This document shows positions 17,301 through 31,800 of a stretch of 64,000 nucleotides of DNA, in pieces. The translations under genes and the position numbers were made by a program. The stretch lies in contig JBBPEB010000003.1 of assembly GCA_039096225.1 (NCBI GenBank), positions 248,001 to 312,000 on the forward strand, given 5' to 3'. The DNA is from Blastocystis sp. Blastoise (taxonomy: Eukaryota; Protista; Bigyra: Opalinata). Within the stretch, counting starts at the first letter, position 1. Every line of letters starts with the position of its first letter. Under the pieces are notes generated by a model. The model was given only the letters and a program-made list of their open reading frames with translations, did not search any database and was not told the DNA's origin.

Positions 17301-17635
17301 CATTAATAAATTAATAGAATCTAGATTACAATAATATAATAAATATCTATACCTATGTAAATAATGTTCTCTGTTGGTAGGTATATCATAGTTAATAACA
17401 AGAGACACTTGTTGAACATCTAATCCTCGTCCCCAGACATCTGTAGCGATTAATAATCGACTGTTCCCGCTACGGAATTCCTCCATAATGCTATCTCTTT
17501 CCTTCTGAGGCATATCACCATGCATGGCAGACACAGTGAAATTAGCTTCACGCATCTTCTTTGCAAGCCATTCTACCTAGAATATTATATATATATATAT
17601 AAAGAAGAACAACATTTAATATATATATCTAAATA

Positions 17636-17667
<32 letters not shown>

Positions 17668-18952
17668 AATTTAAAATATATATATATCTAAATAATATAT
17701 ATATAATATAAAATAAAAAATAAAAAAAATAAAATATAAAAATAATAAAACATATACTTTAGCTTTCTTATTACAGAAGATGACAGCTTGAGTAATCGTA
17801 AGACTATCATAAAGATCACATAAAGTATCGAATTTCCAAGCTTCTCTATCTACATTGACGAAGTATTGTTTGATTCCATCTAAAGTCAATTCATCTCTCT
17901 TTACTAATATACGTATAGGATCATTCATAAACTTATTTGTCATATCAAGCACTTCTTGAGGCATTGTAGCAGATATCAAAACAACCTATATATATATCAT
18001 ATAAAATAAAATATACAACAATATATATAAATTTTAAAATATAAAAAATTTTTAAATAACTTTCAAATATATCAGATTTCTTTTAAATATATATGTATAT
18101 ATCAAAATAATTAAAAACAAATAAATAAATACTTGTGTGCTCGGAGGTAAATAACGATAAATATCATAAATTTGTTCTTTAAAACCTTTATTTAACATTT
18201 CATCTGCTTCATCAATAACTAACATTTTAATATTCTTTGTTCTTAAATGTTTTCTATTAATCATATCGAAGACACGACCAGGAGTTCCACTAACTACTTG
18301 TACACCATAATCTAATCTACGGATATCTTCACTTACACTCTTACCACCAATGCATGCATGACATTGAACCTTTAAGTAATCACCAATAGAAAGAAGAACT
18401 TTTTGAGTTTGTTCAGCTAATTCTCTTGTAGGAGATAAAATAATAGCTTGAGTTTCCATAACTGTAGTATCAAGATTTTGTAAAACACCAATACAGAAAA
18501 CACCAGTTTTACCAGTACCAGATTGAGATTGAGCAATGACATCACGACCCTTCATAATAGGAACAATAGCACGTTGTTGAATTGCAGAAGGTTTTTCAAA
18601 ACCTAAATAAAACATAATTCATATATAAAACTAGTATACACAGAATAATTAAGAAACATATATTATATAGAATCTTCAGTTTCACAAATATAAAGAATAA
18701 ATAAACATAAAATCTGAAGCAAGGAAAGAAAAAAAGAATTACCATAAGTGTAAACACCACGAAGAAGATCCTCCTTTAATCCCATATCACTGAAAGAAGG
18801 AATCACTTCAATATCTTTATTGATTGAATCATCAATATCACGATCATCATTACGAAGAGCTAAAGAAAAATAAATTAAATTATATCATACATAGATATAA
18901 TTTTATAATTTTAAATAGAATAATCAATACCTTCACGACGTTTAGAACTCAT
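17075..18952 (-). CDS. EIF4A3: Exon-junction-complex DEAD-box helicase eIF4A-III
   Basis: [60 protein letters not shown] (the W is typical of eIF4A3) and [13 protein letters not shown]. Confidence 0.96.
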
Positions 18953-19859
18953 TATTTGATAATAGAATAGATAAAAAAAGAAATCAAAGGAAAATTGAAA
19001 AATGGTCACCTTGTTGAAGAACATACTCAGAATCACGGGAATCTCGTTTTTTCTATAGATTGAATAGAATTACGCTGCTCATTGTAAAACTTGACTCTCT
19101 TTGGAGTATAAATGCTTATTGTTCAACATTTTATGGGTTCTTTGAAACTCTTAAGGGATTCAAATGAACTTTCTTGAAGTACAAAGAAGACTCAGAATGA
19201 AGTATGGTGAACTCTGTATATAGGGATTGTCAATTTATGTGTATCATACTTAGTTTTGAATATTATAGAAGAGTTTAGTCTCAGTCATTTATGTTTTTTG
19301 TATTACATTCAAATAAAAATGTAATATAATAAAAATTCATTCTTTTATGATTATTGTGATTATTAAATTTGGTATAACGTAATTAATTTATATGTTTTAA
19401 TGGAATGCATCATATGTAGGATATATATGAATATGATTTGACAATACTTAGTATAGAATTTCAAATAATCAATGGTTAACAAAAAATCTTTGAATAAAGA
19501 ATCCCATAATAAGACGAAGTGTTTCATAGTTATTATTTAAATAGAGTTAAGTGTTTTTTAAAATAAAAAAAAAGTTTATATATTATTTTTATAATAATAT
19601 TTCTATACTTTATATGTATATTATTTTTATAATAATACATAAATATTTTCATACTAAACGTGTAGTGAATAGAAATACTTGATAATTATATATAGTAATA
19701 AATGTAAAAAAAATAATTTGATAAAAAGAATAGAATAAATAATAAAATAGTTAAAATGATATAGAAAAATATATATATAGATATAAAAAAAGAAATCTTT
19801 ATGAATGGTAGTATAGATAATAAATATTATAATAATATCATGTATATAAATGTATTTAA

Positions 19860-21192
19860 TCAAAAAAATGTTTTTTCTAAAGAATATTCAAAAAAATTAC
19901 TTGAAGTTTTCTTATAATTTTCCAATAGTTGTTCGACTTGTTCAAAAGCATTTCTTAATTTCTTCATATCTATATATATATATATATAGAATAAGATTTA
20001 AAAAGATAAAATATACCAATATTGATGATATGAAGTTTCTTTAAAAATGGGTAATCGCCTTTAATTACTTTATTTACTATAGTATTCATGGACTCTTCAT
20101 TTTCTACATCTATAATTATATATATATATAAATAGCATAATAATAGCATAATATATATAGTAATGGATTTGATAAAAAACATATGAATAGATATAATAAT
20201 AGATTAAATAATAGTATCTAATAATAGTATATATATAGATATATTAATATATATATTAATAGATATAATAATAGTATATAAAGAAGTAGATTTTATATAT
20301 ATTAGAAACATACATATTTTTATATATTGAACATTCTTTGAGTAATCTTTCAAAAGTTCATTGAATAAATACTGGCAATATGAAGAACACAATTCTTCAT
20401 CCATTTTAAGAGATAAACAAAATGAATCAATTGAAAGAACTGGTTTATGTAGAGAATGACATAAAGAAGGATAAGAATAAAGAACATTCGAAATTGTATA
20501 ATCAGGAGAATGAAAGAAGTTATCTATATATAAATATATAGATACTAAAGTAATAAGAATTTAATGTAAAAAAAAATAATAATATATTATTTTCTATGTA
20601 GATATATGTATATAGAAATAGAACTATATCTATTCATTAGTATATATATATATACTATTAAATGAATATATAACTTTGAAATTCTTAAGATGAGAACCAT
20701 AAATAGAAGAATTTTCATTAATAATATTCATAAAAAGAGTCAACGGGATATTTTCCATATTATTCACTATGAAATATAATAATAATCAGAATAATACCAT
20801 ACTAATAATAATATATAATACAATATACGTTTAAATAATAATGTTAAAGAATTTAAATTTGGCAACTGATGACTCGTGATAACATTAATAAGAGACTCTA
20901 ATGCTTCTTGTATATTTATTTCTGATTCTATATTAGTATATTGATAGAGAATTATTGTTCTTTTGAAGTGTAAAATAATGAAACGAAAAGAAAATATGTT
21001 TTAAAAATAATAATAATAAATGAAAGAAAAAAAAGAAAAATACCTATAATAATAATAAATATAATAATAATAATAATAATAAATATATATATATATATAT
21101 ACTAAATGATAAAGTAAGTTCTCTTATGTTTCTCCATATAGGTAATTGCATACAATTCTTTAATATATATAAACAATCAAAGCACTCAGGTG

Positions 21193-21231
<39 letters not shown>

Positions 21232-21440
21232 AAAATACAAATTCAGTTCAAGTTACAAATATATACTTATAAGATAAATATAATATATATTATTTACAAT
21301 TCAAAGTGACTACTTGTGTACTTTCGGAGAATAATGAAAGGAATTGAGTTGTTTTCTGATTTATTTCATCTTGATTAGCATTTACACGGGGAGTTGAACT
21401 TGAAATACCGAATCTACTTCCATTTTCCGTTTTTCCATCA

Positions 21441-21475
<35 letters not shown>

Positions 21476-22766
21476 ATCAATTATATATATATAATAATCA
21501 ATTATATATACTAAATTCAAGAGTTTTTACTGATTTATAATTTAGAGTGCATAAATCAGTTAAAAATTCACTTAAATAATTATTATTTTCGGGGTTAAAA
21601 GTCATATCTCTAACTATATTTTTTAGGAATAATAAATATATATATATATATATATATACTTGAAGCAGAAACTTTTTCTAGATTTATACAATGAATAGTT
21701 GAAATCATGTTATGAAAGGGTAAGAGTCTATTTGATTGTCCAAGAATAATGTCTATAAGAGCATTATATATAATAATAAGAAAATGAATTATATATACTC
21801 AAATAAAGATTCTTAATATTGAGTTTATGGAAATCATGACTAGGTAGAATAGATTCCTTTAATCCCATACAATCTATATAATATATAATATATAATATAT
21901 ATATATAATATACTATCAATAATTATAGTGTCCACATCTAGAGCTCCCAATTCATTCAATTGATCCCATAAAGGAATATAATTATTTAACATTAAGCTAG
22001 CTATAATATAATAAAGATATTAAAGATAACATGAAATATAAATATTGATAATAATAAATAAAAACTAATCATATATATATATAATTATTATAAAATAATT
22101 AAATACTTTTAATAATAAATGGATTTATTTGATATGCTTTTATAAATTGATTTAGTGCATTGTCATATAAGATATAGGATAATATTTCGTCATCTGATAA
22201 TATTATTCTATTCATTAGTTTCATGAGAGAATCAGGTAATAACGAAGAACTTAAAGTCATTGAAGGAGAACTGGTGAAGCGAATAACATCACGTAAGTCA
22301 TATATATGTAACTGAGGGAAATGTTCTCGGGTAAATAAAGATAAATATTCAGCTTGAAATTTTATATATGCATAATTACTTTCTGGACCTATAAAATTTA
22401 TAGAATAATAATTTAAATAATAAAATAAATAACTAAATATATATATTATATATATATATACATTCAATAAAAAGAGTAGTAACATTAGGAAATACACGTG
22501 TAGTAATAATATCTTTAAAAATTTGTTTATATTCATCATACGATCCTATTTGAATAACTATATTATTATAGTATATATATATGATTATAAAAGATATATG
22601 TATTAATAATATTAATATGAATAACCTCTATAAGATATATTTATACAGTTCATTATATTCATAGTTTGAATAGAGTCTAATTGTCCATCCTGTAATGCTT
22701 TCAACATAGGAGATATAGTGACTTCTAACTTTGGACATTTTTTACCTATATAGATATTTATAAAAG

Positions 22767-22817
<51 letters not shown>

Positions 22818-24514
22818 ATTAAATATGCAATTCTTTAGTTGTTTACAGATAGGTATATTCAATACATATTGAAGAATATTTACATTTTTCGATGTATGTC
22901 TATATATATATATATATAGTAATGCTATATTAACTAGCAATAATATATATATATAATAATATTTTATTATTTATATACTTTAAAAACGGATGATCATAAT
23001 CTTGTACTATATATAAAAATAAGAAATAATCATAAATAATATATATATATATATACACTTATTGGAATCGATATAAGTAAATGTAAAAAAAGAACTAGTT
23101 TTACATATATTATTTTCCTGTTGTTTTATTAAATCTGATTTCTTATTATTATACTCATAAGAATAATCAGAAAGTGATTGTATACATAAATCTGGATTAA
23201 TTTTATTGTTTTCATCATTCATTTCTTTGTTTAATTCTTTGTATATATTTTCAGGTGTAGAATTACGTTTTTTTCTTTCTTCTTCGATATAACTTTTAAA
23301 ACTTATATTTCTTTTAGATAAATTTCTATTAATATTACCCTTAACATATATTTGATCTCTAGTTAATCCATCAACAACTGGCTCAGGATGTACATAGATA
23401 TAATCACGATAAGAATCTAGATTATTTTCTTTATAATTTAATAGTTTATATTCTTTATATAATACTTTATAATGAGGATCAGAAGGAGTAATACATATCT
23501 CTTTCTTTTCAGCATAATAGCAAACTATATATAATTATATATTGAATAGTAATAATTATATATATATATATATACTATTTAAAGTATACTCTTCTAATTT
23601 AGGAAAGATGTTATGTAAATTAGAAGGATATATATATTCATAACGAATGGTCTCATCAAAATTAACTATATAATTAATGAATAAATATAGATTATTAATT
23701 ATAATAATAAAGTATATACAGACTAATATTACATGTTGAATATCAAGAAAATCAAATAAACAAGAATATTCTAGAAAGGCAGACGTTTCTTCTTCAGTAA
23801 ATATATCTATAAACGAATAACATAAATATAAATCAATTGTATACTTCTACAAACGAAAGTACTCTCATCTTCTTTTCCAGAATAACTATCATCTCTAGGA
23901 AATATATATAATAATATAAAATACAATATATATGATAATAATATATACAATATATATAATAATATAAAATACAATATATATAATAATAATATATACAATA
24001 TATATAATAATAATATATACAATATATATAATAATATAAAATACAATATATATAATAATATAAAATACAATATATATAATAATAATAAATACATATTACA
24101 ATTATGAAGGTCACAAAATTCTTTGAAAAGAGTATTCAGATATTTTTCTACTTCAAACATTTTAACATAAGATTCATCTCCAAAGAAGGTTTTCAATGTA
24201 TTATATATACTTATAACTTCAGGCATAGTGAGAGACGAAAGAGACTTAGAATTATTCAAGAAATGAGCCACTTTCTCAATAGCCAAAGGCATACAATCAA
24301 CAGAATATGCATCCTCATCTCTTAAATAATTGTTACTACTTGCATAAGTCAATGATAGAAGTGATCTTGGATATTGTTCCAAAATTGACAACGGAATTTC
24401 TACTCGGCTTTCATCTTGAAATATGAAGCATACTAAAAATATAATTAATGGCGGCAATCATATAATAAAAGAAATACTTTGCTTCTTTTCAGCTTCTTGT
24501 ACTAAATCGCTCAT
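19860..24514 (-). CDS. Large intron-rich protein with an N-terminal BTB/POZ(T1)-like domain and degenerate LRR-like repeats
   Basis: The N-terminus FQDESRVEIPLSILEQYPRSLL...AYSVDC resembles a KCTD-type BTB. Repeated FPKLEE/FPQLHIYDL/LPNLNS/YPFLKKL LRR-like units follow. Many short GT-AG exons; the internal exon structure is approximate. Confidence 0.65.
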
Positions 24515-27500
24515 TTATTCAAAATCGTGAACTATTTTTCAAATCTTTATATATAACAAAGTTATGCTCAACTTGTTACAAATAAAATTTAAATCATCGT
24601 AGAATCAGAACAGAGGATAACAAGTTTCAATTAAAATCTTCAAAGAAAAGCAATTTCTTTTTCGCGGGCTTTTTATATTAATCACATTATTCATCAAGTT
24701 ATTTAAAATTTATGTAAAAATCTATGTTGCCATATATCTGATTTAAACTAGCTATATATTTTTATCCTAAGAGTTGTAAATCTCTACTTATACTCCTTTT
24801 CTAACTATTAATTTGGAAATAACCTCTTAAAATTCATTAAATTGATCGAATAAATGTGATTACTGATCAGAATAGTCTCTAAATTATATTATTACAACAT
24901 AATTCTCTCTTTCGATCACCAACTAGTGACGATGAATACATTTATGTATCATAGTCTAGAAAATACAAAGATATATTTTTATGTATGAAATAAAATCAGC
25001 AGGTTTCTTCTAAGAAAATGAAAAAAAAAGTCACAAAAAGAACAATCAATTATTTTTTTTCTTATAAATATACTCCATTCAAAAAGGAATAGCTGAAAAG
25101 ATTATGTTTAGATGAAAAAGAATACTTACTTATGAAATAGAAATGATTAGTAGTCAACCTTGAAGTAGACATATGAATAAATCTCGTAGTATTCACTTGT
25201 ATGCATTCGTAAAAGTGTTTACAGGTAAAAACGCAAATTATATATTTATAAATCCATTTACAATTTGTTTATGAAAATGATAATGTGAGTTTTTTTGTTT
25301 ATAAAGCTTACATTACAATAATCAGATTATGCTGATGCCAAAAAATATTATTTGTTGAATAAAAAAAATAAAATGATAAATAGTTATGAAAAATACAAAA
25401 AAAAAGTAAAATTATTATAAAAATTTGTGTATTGTTCATTCATTTATTCATTTTTATTCGAGTATATTATTTAAGATGTTTTATGGATATTAAAAAGAAA
25501 GTACATTATAGTTCAACAATTATATTCAGGTTTTGACTCATATACGCTGTTTTTAATTGTTTGTCAGTTTTTTTTATATTGCAAAAAACACGTTTTTATT
25601 GTGTTAGAAATGCTTTTGTATATGTGTGTAAGCTTAAGTTATCATATAATGCATCAGTTTTAGAAATACTAGAATATTCGAAAAAAATTATTTTCATTAA
25701 AGCTTAGATATATGTACCAGTTTATTATATACATAATGTGTATTAAACACAGATCGTCAATTTACGAAATTGACATATAATGTGGTATAAGAGCAAAACT
25801 GCTTTTAATGTGATAGTAACCATTGTGCCGATATTCAAAACTGTTATACGCAATCATAGCATATAATAATTACAAAAAAAGTTTGCGACATATTTTTTAA
25901 AAAGTTATATCTGTCATTTTTCTAATAATTATTGGGTATAACAAAGCTTTTATATTATTTTTGTGAATAAAAACAAAATTATCAATATAATATAAGTATA
26001 CACAAGGAAAATGAGACTCATTAATTTCTCTTCAACAATTCTTTTCACATGTAAACAAAGAAATATTCAATTATTAAAGAATCACTGAATATGATGAAGC
26101 CTATTTTAATATTTCGTTATTATCTTGACCTTAAAACAAGTAAAAAAACTCAACATCTCTTTAGAATCAGTAAACTGTTATTTATTAAAAAATGATTGGT
26201 TCCGATTTCTAGAATAAAACTTGAATTATTAAGCCACAAAATCTCCTTTTTATTTTTGGTGTTTTTTAGGGAATAGACAATTTATTGGTTGTTCAAGAAA
26301 ATGGTTCTCCAATAATATTTGAAATAGTGACATTTCTTTTGCTGTCAAATTATTCTTCACATTTCATTGGCTAATTTTTGTGGTTATACTAACTTGCAGG
26401 GTTCGCCATAGGCTACCCTGGGTAGGCAGCCTACCCCAGGATGTTTTATTTCTACCCCAAATTTCATTATGATAGAACTCTGTCTAAACAAGTTAGTTAT
26501 CGCATACAAATGAATAGGATGATAATAGACAAGTGTGGGCTACTAACAATAGACGAATAAATCCAAGATAATAAAAGTGTAGACATAATGCAGCATACCC
26601 TCCATACTTTTAATATTAAACAAGTAATTTCACTATTAATGATTTATTATTTATTCTTGTGATCCAAAAACATATTAGATAGAATGTATATTGATAAAAA
26701 AAAAAATGAATCAACATCAAAATGTGCACTACTCTAGAAAATAATATTATATGCACAATGCAGCATGTTATAACAGTTTAAACAAATGATAATTAGAATA
26801 TATCGTGAAAGTATTTAGAAATATTTAAAATCTAAAATTTCTTATAATTCTTTTAAAGAGAAATTATAATTTGCAATAAAATATTTTTTAAAGACAATTT
26901 ATAATTAGTAAACTCATTTAAATATATATATGCAATTAAAATGTTTTTAACAATCTCTTCTGGAAGCAATTTGTTTTTCTCTTAATATGCATATGTTATA
27001 TAACAAAAACTGACAGACTATTGTGACGTATGTAGTCGTAACTTACCAATTATTACAGAAACACACCTTATTCTCAGAATTGAATTAAAATTTGTTTTGT
27101 AGTTTCTCGAATATCATATTACAGCTTTCTCTTGACTATTGAAGTAAACATTTTGATAATAACTACATGATTCTTGTGTAAAATTTGTGATTATATAATT
27201 TGATTCTACAAATGAGTTTCTGATAACAGACAACCTGAGTATTGTGCATACAGAAGATGTATACAGACCATTCTGAAGACTTTAAAAAACAATAAATTTA
27301 TAAAACAGTCTACTATTCGTGATTATTTATTTATTTTTTGTATTTTTGTCGCTTTAATCGAGAATATTTGTTTAGATAAGATTGTTCTTCATCAGGTTTG
27401 GTAATTAATTAATTATTACTTTACTGAATATATTATGAATTTAGTATTTTCAAGTTACCTTAGTGTATTGAATGATTCTGGTCACTGTTATTTTCACTTT

Positions 27501-27679
27501 GAATCCAGTTATCTAAGATGAATTGGATTGTTTTCTATATGATTATGTCATACTCTGCACTATTGCTCTATATTAGCGCCAACTACTTGTGAAGGACGAA
27601 TTGACAGTGTATATGGTAGCATACTCTTTTTCTTAATCTTATTTTGTTTGAATTCATTTTCTTTTTATTATTTATCTCT

Positions 27680-27747
27680 ACTCAAGCTATTTTTGGTTAG
27701 CAACAATCAATATTGAATGTGATCAGGTTCAATTCCTGACTTGAGTT
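27680..27747 (+). ncRNA. tRNA-like element (pseudo-tRNA or Pol III-type RNA) inside the hAT transposon
   Basis: Perfect 7-bp acceptor-like stem ACTCAAG/CTTGAGT, T-arm TCAGG-TTCAATT-CCTGA (B box), D-like arm CTA-TTTTTGGT-TAG, and a T-run about 10 nt downstream. There is no canonical anticodon arm. Confidence 0.55.
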
Positions 27748-28831
27748 GATATTCTCTTTTTTTTTTTTATTCTTGTTTTGTCTACTTTATTAATACTTAT
27801 TAAAACTATTATATAGGTATACTTTACTCATATTCTGCTTTAAGCCTATTCAGACCAATATATATTTTCAAAATGTTAACATTATCAATCTTCTTCGAGT
27901 TTAATCATTATTATAATATAGATTATGCTTTGAGAGATACTAGATTATAGATTATGCTTTATGTACAATGAATAACGTATTCATTGAGTATTATGCATTC
28001 AAGAATGTTGAGTCGTTTTACTATATTGTAAGTAAGATTAAATTGCTATTATCCACTTCCGCGTATACAATGATCTTAATAAAACTGAATATCCATATGG
28101 AAGTATATTTCAATAAATTATAATCTCGGTGGATGTTTATATGTTTTACTATTTGTAAACATCGATACTTTCGTATTATACTAAATGGTACTAGAAAATG
28201 AATTGAATATAAAAAGGAATTTCCGTATTGAAATATATAATTACAACACTCTTTAATGGATATTCATATACAAATATATATAGAGAGTAGTTAGTTATGA
28301 AAATAATAATTGATCATTTCTATATACATCCTCTATAACAAAATACATACTAAAACAAATCAGGAAATTAATATATAAAGGATTTGATATTTATAAATAC
28401 AACTAAAAAAATTATTTATAATTATTGTTTAAGCATATGTTAAGTATTTATTTTGGAACTAACACAACAGAATGGAGATACAAATTTTTGAAATAAAAGC
28501 ACACTAAATAAATATATTATTATTAGAGTTTGATATTATAAAAAGAAGAATTAGAAAATCATACCAAAATTCTAGGACAAAAACTAAGCATCAAATTACT
28601 ATCGTTCTCGTGATTCTATATATATAATATTTGATTATTTTTAATAGTTATATATATATAACAAATTATCAATATAATATATGTATTTTATATTTATAAT
28701 AACCTTAATATAATAAGTATTTAATGATTATAATGTATTATTTCCAATAGTACTATCATAAACAATTGAATTGTATATATATATATAATACTATAGAATG
28801 ATGTTTATTAATAATAATGTTTGAATAATAA

Positions 28832-31800
28832 TCAAATATCACATTTTTTCTTTTTCTTATTGTTATTGTTAAAATAATCTAGCATATCGTCTAATGACGG
28901 TTGTGTATTAGTAAGTTTGATTCTTAGAGGAGCAGCAAGGGATAACTGATTTCTATACTTTGATTTCAGATATGTCATTTCACTAAAGCCTCTTTCACAT
29001 AAATAAGAGGTAGGAAAAGGTAGTAGTATTGACATTGCACGAGAGAAGATAAGAGAATATTCACGGCACAAAGAACAGTAGAAAAGATCAATCGGAAGTG
29101 TATTATATCTCATCTTGGCTTCATTATTGCATGACAATACCAATAATTCTTCATATAGCAAAATATCGTATTTTACAGTAGAAACGTATTTCATTTCAAA
29201 AGGATACAATACCCATATATTTGAGATATTATACATGTTTGTTATGGGTTTATTTACAGGAATCTTTCTTTGTGTCTTTTTATATGTATCTTTATTGTTG
29301 TTTTCATTATTATTACCTATAGATATATTTAACATTATTTACGATTATATGTAATATGTATTATAATATAAAATGAACCTAATAATAAATATAATAATAG
29401 ATAGAAAAAATAAGCTAATTATTAAATATTATATGTGATATGTATTATAATATATAATAATGCAATAATAAGCATTATAATAAATAGAAAATATAATACT
29501 AATTAACAATAAATATAATAATAGATAGAAAATATAATACTAATTAATAAGATAGCATGTATAATAGATTATGAATGTACTAATAAATGTTATTTATTCA
29601 AATTTGATATATATTATATAATATAGCTATATACTTTGTGAATAAACATGACCAAGAATACACCCATAGAAATAAGAATTACAGAAACTAATCTTTATTT
29701 TACCATCAAAAACTGATCCATTATTCTCATGTTCTTTTTTAACGAAATAGGTACCACTAAAATCTCCAAAATAAGTACAACTCTCTATTTGGGGGTTTAT
29801 TAATTTACCTGTTATAATAGCGTTATCTGAAGTACAAAGGATACATGTAATATTATATACATTTTTATCATTTACAATACAACCATAACATTTTTCTTGA
29901 ATTATTGGAATAGTATTCTTTTCAATAGAAGGGGGAACACAATCATTTTTCTGTAATGATTGATCTTCATTTCTTTTCACACAATAATTTTCCAACTTTC
30001 TTCTTTCTTTTCTTCTTTCAATTATTCCAGGTAAAAGTTGTTTATCAATTAATGGCTTACCAATAAATACTGAAGGATCATTCATTAAGGCCGTTTCAAA
30101 TTCAAGCAAATTCATTACTTCAGGATAATAGTTTTCTATATTTATTAGTAAAGCATCAAGATGATCTCTTATTACTTTACGAAAAAAATCTAAATCTAAA
30201 TCATTATTTTGTACACAATATTTGTTCAACTTTGGGAATACTGACATAGTGTTGTCACATATGAATTCATATTTGTGACAAAGCTTTATATACAATTCTT
30301 TGATAAGTTTAATATATTCTAGAAATATACTATTACCACCTTGCATCTTCTTATTGACGTTGTAAAAGAGTTCAGTAATATCCTCAAGGTAAAACATCGT
30401 TGCAGTAAACTTTTTATCGACTATTTTTTCATATAGATCTTTATTTTTCTCTTCACTAAGAATTGTTTCAATTACAGGTTTAAGCATATTAAATCGTTTT
30501 ATAGACTCAAATCTACTGAGCCATCTTGTAGAGCAGAAATGTAGTAACCGATATGCCTTTGCATTCTTCATATTATCATTGCTATTTGATTTCTTTTTTT
30601 CATCTTTTAGATCGTCATATTTATTATTATTATTTAAGAATAAAGGATCAACTTCGTTTTCATCATTATCAAAATAATCAAGCTGTTCATCATCATTATC
30701 ACTTATAACAGACATATTTGATATATTTTCAAAGGAAGAGTGTTTCTCATCATAATTATTACCATTTCCATTAACGTTCTTATTTTCTTCTAATAAACTT
30801 CTTTGTATATAAAGCATTTTTTCAGTTCTAATTGTTGACTGATTTATGTGATTAATCACTTCCGTACAACTAATAAAGTACTGTTTTATATAATAAGGAA
30901 GGACAGATACACATATTTCTTCACGATGGAGGTAGCAATGAATAAACATACATTCTGGATTAACTTTAAGTACTTCATTTTTAAAACTATGATGATCACC
31001 ATTCATAGCTGACGCTCCATCAAAGCAGATACTAGTGCACTTTTTCCAATCAATTCCATTCTTTTTAAAATAATCAGACACTTTTTCAAATAAAGAAAAA
31101 CCAGACTTACTATCAGATAATTGAATAACAGTTAAAAAGGATTCTTTGAATTTTTCAACAAAAAGATATCTGACAAATAGAATTAATTGTGATATACGTC
31201 CAGTATCAGTAGATTCATCAAGCTGCAATGCGAAGTAATTGCTACTATTTAACTCACTAATAATATTCATTTCTTGTACATTACTAATATCACTGATTCT
31301 TCTTTTTATTGTATTTGAAGATAGTAGAAGTGGTTTTATATTTCTTTTATATAATTCTTCCCATAGTTTCAGTACTGGAAATACCAATCTTTCTCCACTA
31401 GTATAGGGAAGCCCTGACTTTGCAATTGCTAAACTGACACCATAACTAAATTTTATAATAAGGTCATTACTTATTGTATTTTTCATTAATAAGGATCTTG
31501 AATTTTCTAAATTATTTTTTAATTCTTTAAAGAATTCATAAGAATATTTTTCAACTTTTGAGAGATCATCGTTCATAATATGTTTCATAAAATGCTTATA
31601 ATATCGTGACGAGTGTTGATACTGAATTGTTTTCCCACAAATTAAGCATATTCCATTATTATTTTTAGAATTTTCAGTAAAACCATAAACCAATATATTA
31701 TCATTATATTCAAAGAAACTTGTGCCACATTTCTTTCTAAGAAAATGACTTCTATTATCATCAAGCATCCCTTTTTCACAATTCTTGACAATCTGTAAAG

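Noticed and set aside
23900-24090. Regular 21-24-nt repeats (also 49215-49350, 59845-60020, 36575-36730) resembling an array
   Set aside because: Intronic or intergenic AT minisatellites without unique spacers. Eukaryotic context with no cas genes, so not CRISPR.
27598-27660. Possible second degenerate tRNA (GTGT-ATATGGTA-GCAT D-arm-like, GTTTGAATTC) upstream of the tRNA-like element
   Set aside because: No acceptor or T-stem pairing, so too weak to call alone.
27966-27986. 9-bp hairpin CAATGAATA-ACG-TATTCATTG and the nearby 15-nt direct repeat TATAGATTATGCTTT
   Set aside because: Expected by chance or slippage in very AT-rich DNA, with no supporting context.
26410-28830. Possible Fanzor/TnpB or other cargo protein in the transposon
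   Set aside because: No ORF of 60 aa or more and no RuvC or zinc-finger motifs could be assembled by eye.
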